Shown one piece after another: positions 28,959-34,509 of a stretch of 34,509 nucleotides of DNA. This stretch comes from Sphaeroforma arctica JP610 (taxonomy: Eukaryota): NCBI RefSeq assembly GCF_001186125.1, contig NW_014040548.1:169690-204198 (forward strand). The letters run 5' to 3'. How positions within the stretch are numbered: position 1 is the stretch's first letter; each line of letters begins with the position of its first letter. The notes beneath the pieces were generated by a model that saw nothing but the letters and a program-made list of their open reading frames with translations, searched no databases and was not told the DNA's origin. A program made the position numbers and the translations under genes.

Positions 28959-31900
28959 TTAGGCGCCCAGGACGAATCCCAAGCCGAACATGCTCTTGCC
29001 TGAGGCATGGTCCAACTGTCCAGTGAGCAAGAAAGATAGGGCGGGGGCCAGTTTGTTCTCCAGTACACCCGATACGACACCGTGGGAATCGATCTGTGCA
29101 ACAGAAGCGAGAAATCAAGGGTGAATTAGAATATAAAATGAGCAAGTAATGTTACCTGTGAGTCAGGTGAAAGGGACTCACAATTGAGAGCAGAAATCAA
29201 CGAAACCTTTCAAATATCTATAGCTAATGACAAGCTTTTGTAAAGCTATTTGAGATTCAATACTGCAAATGCAGCCTCTTTAAAGACCAACATACACACG
29301 CCTGATACGTACCTGTCCACGCACGGCGCTCTGGCGTAGGTTGTATTCGTAACCTACGTTAACCACGCTATCTTTACTCGCCATACTTCCCTCTAACTCT
29401 ACACCCAGGGTGACCTTGTCACTGACTCGGTGGCCGTACGACACGGCAAACGTTCCCTGTGGCGCCAAACTGACACATGAAGTGCACTTGTCATCCTTCC
29501 AGCGGATTCCGAGTGACATGCCTCCGTCTTCCATACCCTCGTGGTACTGGTATAAGGCTTCGGCTGTAGTGTGTTGGATATTGGTATGTGAGAACGCGGA
29601 TACAGCTAATAAGAATAGACGCAATCTCGTGAACGTTTATGTTTGGGAGAAGGATGCCCTGTATATGGCTATGAGCAGTAACAAACGCAAACATGCAAAG
29701 CTGGATAGTCCTCGCAAGCCTCCCCCCCCCCCACACACACAGAAACAGAGGCAAGATGCCAATAGGTCAACAATTGGAAAGGAAAAAATAAATACTTGCA
29801 TACAATCACGCGCGCGCAATTTGCATTCGAGTCTGTTTAGGGACAGTGTCATACAGTTGTATACCATATACCAGGCTAATGAGAGCATGGTACATACATA
29901 CCTCCGACGGCGATTCTCTGTGTGACAGATTGCCAGTAGTTGGCAATCCACGTCCCGTTCTCACTAACGACATCAGGGTTGATAGCCTGCGTATAAGACG
30001 AGATGATGACGCATATAAATACTCTGCCACGAGCGCACGAACAAAGGCGATAATAATAGTCTTGTGAGCTTAGATACAACGATTACACGCAAGGTCGACT
30101 GATATCTTCTCCCGATAAGCTCAGAAGCACGCTTCTCAACAAGATTTGTTCTGTGCAGATCTTGGTATGAATGTGTTGTGATCATCATGTGTATCGGGAG
30201 GAATGCTTTGCCATGTCATAATAGCGTACAGACCAAGAACTACCTCCAGGTGGTAAAATAAACCCCCGTTATTAAAAGCCATACCTTTACAGCCGCTGAG
30301 AAATCATTTCCTCGGTACTCTAACTCCAAACTAGTCATATCATTTGCTCCTTGGGTCTGCCGAGATAAATCAATGGGTATGTGAGCCGAAGAGATAAGCC
30401 AGGGTATATGTATCTTTGGAGTCGCACCCACTATCCTAGATCATATATATCAACAAGATTTTTTGTGTATAGATCTTGGCATGAATGTGTTACCGCTAAC
30501 AACATATATGTAAAGGACTCAGACGTATTGAAATGTGAATATATATATATATACGTATGAGTGTGAATGTGGTTCTGTGTGAATAATACGAGCAATTATG
30601 AACATATATTGATAAAAGATTCCGGTAAACTTAATTGATCCAAAAAATATATATAAGAGGTCAACGCGATAACACCTCAGCTTCCGCCAATTTACTGCAG
30701 GGCTTGCAACACTAGGATCGGAGACATCCCAAAAAACTACACAATAATAATCACCACACATGTATAAACACTACACGCACGGTCAGAGGCGTCAACTCGT
30801 ATGTACAATCTGAAGTTTCAGTATGTTAACACCGATCCACGTCTTATGTGCCGTGTAGTGTATGTACATAACTGGAAACACGATACACTATTCCCAAGAT
30901 GGAAATATATGTATTCCGATGTGCACTGCAGCCAACACGTGAACAGGCTTGTATCCATGCATGTAAACGGGGATCGCCTACCAAATTATGCGACTAGTAT
31001 TCTACCACAAATTACTGACGATTACATTCTAAAATATGCGAAAATCCATACTTATATGCACGTAATTCCTACAAGCTTCCTATACATTCATTCATACAGA
31101 GATTATTACTCAAATACACAGCCACGATCATATACAAACAGAGCCTGACAAGGGTATCTGCCTATGTGTACCTTTTATAAGACTAAGTGAGTCAATAAAA
31201 GAGTAGAATTCAAATTTCTGAGCAACACGAAGACTTTGATTCAAAGAATTGAACATAGATCTAGACATCCAATCTGAAATAACAAAAATATTCTGACATC
31301 GTATTCATATAATCTACGCCTGCAAATAAATTCATGACCACCGACTGCAGACAAAAAACTCAAACCCACTAATATAAAGTTCTATATCCAAATGATCATT
31401 ATGTATATAAAAATAGCCTTATGAAATGAACTATACATGCATATATGTTTATTTATATATATATATATTAATGCGTTTACATATATATATATAAGCCTCA
31501 TACGATGAAGACATGGCAGTTGTCATATGCTTTTAGTCCAATGACAAACTACATACTCAACTTCGCACAAAAACGATAATCGTTGCAAAATTACCTGGTA
31601 TACAGCTTTTCCTTTAATTCTCTCGCTGAACATGTATTGTATCTGCGCCATCAGGTTACCTTGTCCATCAATATCACCAATCAAGACAGGGCTGGGGCTC
31701 TATAAAAGACAATTGTGTCAAGTCAGCTATGCAGTCTTGGTAGCCTAAAAATAAACCAATGTGACTGGTAGGACATGTGATATACTATTCGTCAATGACT
31801 AAAAGCCACACATAAATCGATCTCAGCGTTGGTGGCGAAGAGCGGCCAGACAGTGTAAATACATGAAAACAACTTCAAGAAGCAAAAGTGACTTAAGGCA

Positions 31901-33037
31901 TACATACTAAGCCATACTATTTCGATAACAGATCAGTCACGAAACCGTACAACTTGTCAATTTGCACTAAATTTATCGAGTCGCTTACATCAATTCCGGG
32001 GGCAGGGGTTCCGAAGTAGTTAACGCCAAAGTGGTAGTTGTTTTGTCCACCCATGTTCAAGGAATGCGACACCTGGAAGTTCTCTGAGATCGGCTTTGAT
32101 ACGGACACCTTAGCTCCATCGATGAGATAGTTTTGTGCCATAATGCCTATGTATCGCAAAATGCGTTTCAGTAGATGTCGTTAGAAATTAGAGAAGATAT
32201 CAATTTCCAAAAGCTCAAGATAACAAAGTTTCTTCCTATATAATGTACACGGCTACGGCCCAAACGTGTACTTGAATGCGACAAACCCACAGGAAGAAAA
32301 TAAACTGCTGACCAGGTCAGAAACCCCCCGAGTATCTTCTCCGCTGCACGCCTCGAGCATCTAAACTATCATTGTTTCTCGATAGAAAGAATGAAAACTA
32401 AGTTTTCGTGTGCGCCAATTGGGTGTAACTCGTCCAAACAGTCTAATATCACTTTCAACAGCACCACCGTAGGCACGAACACAACGTTAAAGCCCAGCAG
32501 TGCAGTGAATACACGACGTCTATACGTCATGGTATAAATTCACCTAGAAGACAAAGACTGACGCCACGAATGCATTTCCATCCTATATACGACAGCTCTA
32601 TGGCTACTTTCGGTGCAAAGTACAAGCATCCGTTCAGTTGTGCCGACGCACTCAGATCACTGGGCATGATAATTTCAATTAACTTAGCCCGCCACTGATC
32701 CTATACTACTGCTATTAATATACAACTCAGCCTAAAAATATATATATATTGATAGACTTTCGCTTGGTGAAATAGCTGGTGTGGTAACTCACCACGTTAA
32801 TCAAGTTAGTGCATGCAAGTGCCATCTGCAAAAAAAAAATGAAATTGACCCACCTTTTACTTCCTGATGAAGGATCTCGAAAGGTCCAGGGTATGGCAAA
32901 TCACCCTTAGCCTTGACTGCGGCGGCCACTACCGGGGCGACAGCCTCTGGGGGTGGGGTCTGGTGCATAGGCGCAGGAGGTGCTTCTAGTGTGGCACCAG
33001 TGGAACCACCGACTAGGGGGTTAGAGATAGACGACAT
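28959..33037 (-). CDS. TOM40: Mitochondrial import receptor subunit TOM40 (Porin_3 beta-barrel), 7 exons, ~329 aa
   Basis: Exons (minus): 33037-32854, 32146-31989, 31699-31595, 30356-30285, 29986-29902, 29563-29313, 29093-28959; phases close (990 nt). Motifs: LPYPGPFEILHQEVK, NFQVSHSLNMG, PVLIGDIDGQGNLMAQ, LEYRGNDFSAAVKAINPD, NYWQSVT, GYEYNLRQSAVRGQIDSHGVV, LTGQLDH...FGLGFVLG. Confidence 0.95.
30126..30177. ncRNA. Candidate small-RNA hairpin, copy A (TOM40 intron 4)
   Basis: On the plus strand CAAGATTTG pairs with CAGATCTTG (9 bp, one G-U) around a 7-nt loop, and imperfect pairing extends out to AGCACG/TGTGTT. It is 37/42 identical to copy B. On the minus strand it is flanked by ATGATGA (30188-30182) and CTGA (30124-30121). 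Confidence 0.4.
30443..30491. ncRNA. Candidate small-RNA hairpin, copy B (TOM40 intron 3)
   Basis: CAAGATTT/AGATCTTG stem extended by TCA/TGA and ATATAT/ATGTGT. It shares the 21-mer AGATCTTGGYATGAATGTGTT with copy A. Confidence 0.35.
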
Positions 33038-33550
33038 GTTGTAATGATGTGTGTGAGTAGCTTAGACTGATGTGATTCGAGTGCAGAATATAAATATCTG
33101 CTTCGGCAGTTGATAGACACCTACTACGTGTAGATTGGTTACGTATGTCTAGATTGTATTATACACACAGACGTGTACGTATATATGAAGTAAATAAATA
33201 AAATATTCACCAACGTCAAACGGAGACAAAAACTTGCTGCTGCTGGTGTGGTCTGGGGCGTGTTTTCTCAGTTCCCGTTTCTCGAAGACATTGATCCAAA
33301 AAACACCACGCGATCATTCCAAATCCGATCATGCCGACACAATCAGGACCAGCGCACACTGCACAGTCTCGCACTGTCACACAAAAACCGAGGACTTTGG
33401 GACATTTGACAGTGGCAAATGTACCGAACTGCTTTTAAAGTTGGAAATGTTTCAGCGTGGCCTTTGGCCCGGCAGCCCTGGGCTCCCCCGGCTAGAGTGG
33501 TTGATGACATTTTTAAAATTCACTCTTCTTCAACTAGAGGTTTGATGCGG

Positions 33551-33587
33551 TCGAGACTCGAGACTCGAGACTCGAGAGTCGAGACTC
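33551..33587. repeat. Tandem 7-mer (TCGAGAC)x5 in the region between divergent genes
   Basis: TCGAGAC TCGAGAC TCGAGAC TCGAGAG TCGAGAC TC. Confidence 0.9.
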
Positions 33588-33785
33588 TGCTGGAAAGTGG
33601 ACACACATCAATAATTTCAAGTCCTTCGTTCATGCTTCGTTGACCGTGATAGATTCAGGATTAGACTCCTGTACACAAACAGTGGAGAGCTGAATATATT
33701 ATTTATTTTAGTCTTTGGAGAAGTATACGAAAGCCTGTGTGACGTAACAAACAAGCATCGAAATAGGCAAGAATAAGCTGAAACA

Positions 33786-33961
33786 ATGGTGTTCAAGAAG
33801 TTGGTTGAGATGCACCAATTGCACAAGAAAGTGCGAGACGTAGTCCATATACAACCGCAAACGCTGCCGACGTTGCAGGATATCAAGGCAGGCCAACTAG
33901 GCGCACCGCTTCATGTGGTTACAAAATTAAAGAGCTCTATCAGAAAGACACCAAAAGTCAG
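33786..33961 (+). CDS. Probable first coding exon of an unidentified gene continuing beyond the window
   Basis: ATG in acaATGg context, open frame MVFKKLVEMHQLHKKVRDVVHIQPQTLPTLQDIKAGQLGAPLHVVTKLKSSIRKTPKV, then donor AG|gtatgc at 33962 and a (TA)n-filled stretch like the first introns of other genes here. No family recognised. Confidence 0.45.
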
Positions 33962-34100
33962 GTATGCGAATGTCTAAATTTCTATGTCTAAATTTCTATT
34001 TTTGTTGTTGAGCAATTTAGGCTCCGAGATAAATAGTTGCTAGAATATTCGCTCTCATGTTTGAACTAAAGTTGGCTCACCAAGCCATGCACCTACAACG

Positions 34101-34382
34101 ATATATATATATATATATAAATATATATATATATGCATGTATGTATGTATGTATGTATGTGTCTGTGTGTTATATAAATATATATGTCTGTGTCTGTGTC
34201 TGTGTCTGTGTGTAGTCTGTGTCTGTTTCTGTGCGTGTGTATGTGTCCGCGTCCGTGTCAGTATATGTGTTCTCACAATATGTATATATATATATATGTG
34301 TGTGTCTGTGTAGTGTGTATCTGTGTCTGTGTCTATATATATATATATATGCGTATGTATCTATGTATCTATGTATGTATAC

Positions 34383-34439
<57 letters not shown>

Positions 34440-34490
34440 TTATTATGGGGCGATATATATTTTTATATTTATTTTGTGTGTGTGCGAGTG
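34101..34490. repeat. (TA)n/(TGTGTC)n/(TATG)n microsatellite tract
   Basis: Directly visible. Confidence 0.95.
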
Positions 34491-34509
34491 CTTGCCGGGG
34501 TATGTGTTT

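Noticed and set aside
30136..30491. Direct repeats as a CRISPR array or as LTR/TSD ends of a mobile element
   Set aside because: Only two copies, 314 bp apart, enclosing a normal TOM40 exon, in a eukaryotic context with no cas or transposase gene.
33098..33109. CTGCTTCGGCAG, resembling the U6 snRNA 5' stem-loop
   Set aside because: No downstream ACAGAGA box or other U6 sequence; only a 4-bp UUCG hairpin.
33970..33997. 14-bp tandem duplication ATGTCTAAATTTCT x2
   Set aside because: Ordinary intronic slippage with no further structure.

Overview
Eukaryotic, intron-rich genomic DNA with GT-AG introns, long (TA)n tracts and four N-gaps. The syntenin-like gene and overall style suggest a unicellular holozoan such as an ichthyosporean; this is inference, not proof. 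I spliced four multi-exon genes by hand with consistent intron phases: ALG8 glucosyltransferase (minus, 5' end lost in a gap), a 16-exon APC-family amino-acid permease (plus), a membrane-anchored cyclophilin with a bacterial-looking catalytic domain (plus) and TOM40 (minus). The window also holds an intronless tandem-PDZ syntenin-like gene (minus), a frame-broken S/T/P-rich FG-containing gene at the left edge that may be Nup153/Nup1-like, and the probable first exon of an unknown gene at the right edge. The strongest non-coding signal is a pair of 42-nt hairpin paralogues in two adjacent TOM40 introns. They share a near-invariant 21-nt arm and differ mainly in the loop, which makes them miRNA- or snoRNA-like candidates. 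No rRNA, tRNA, CRISPR array or intact transposon was recognised.
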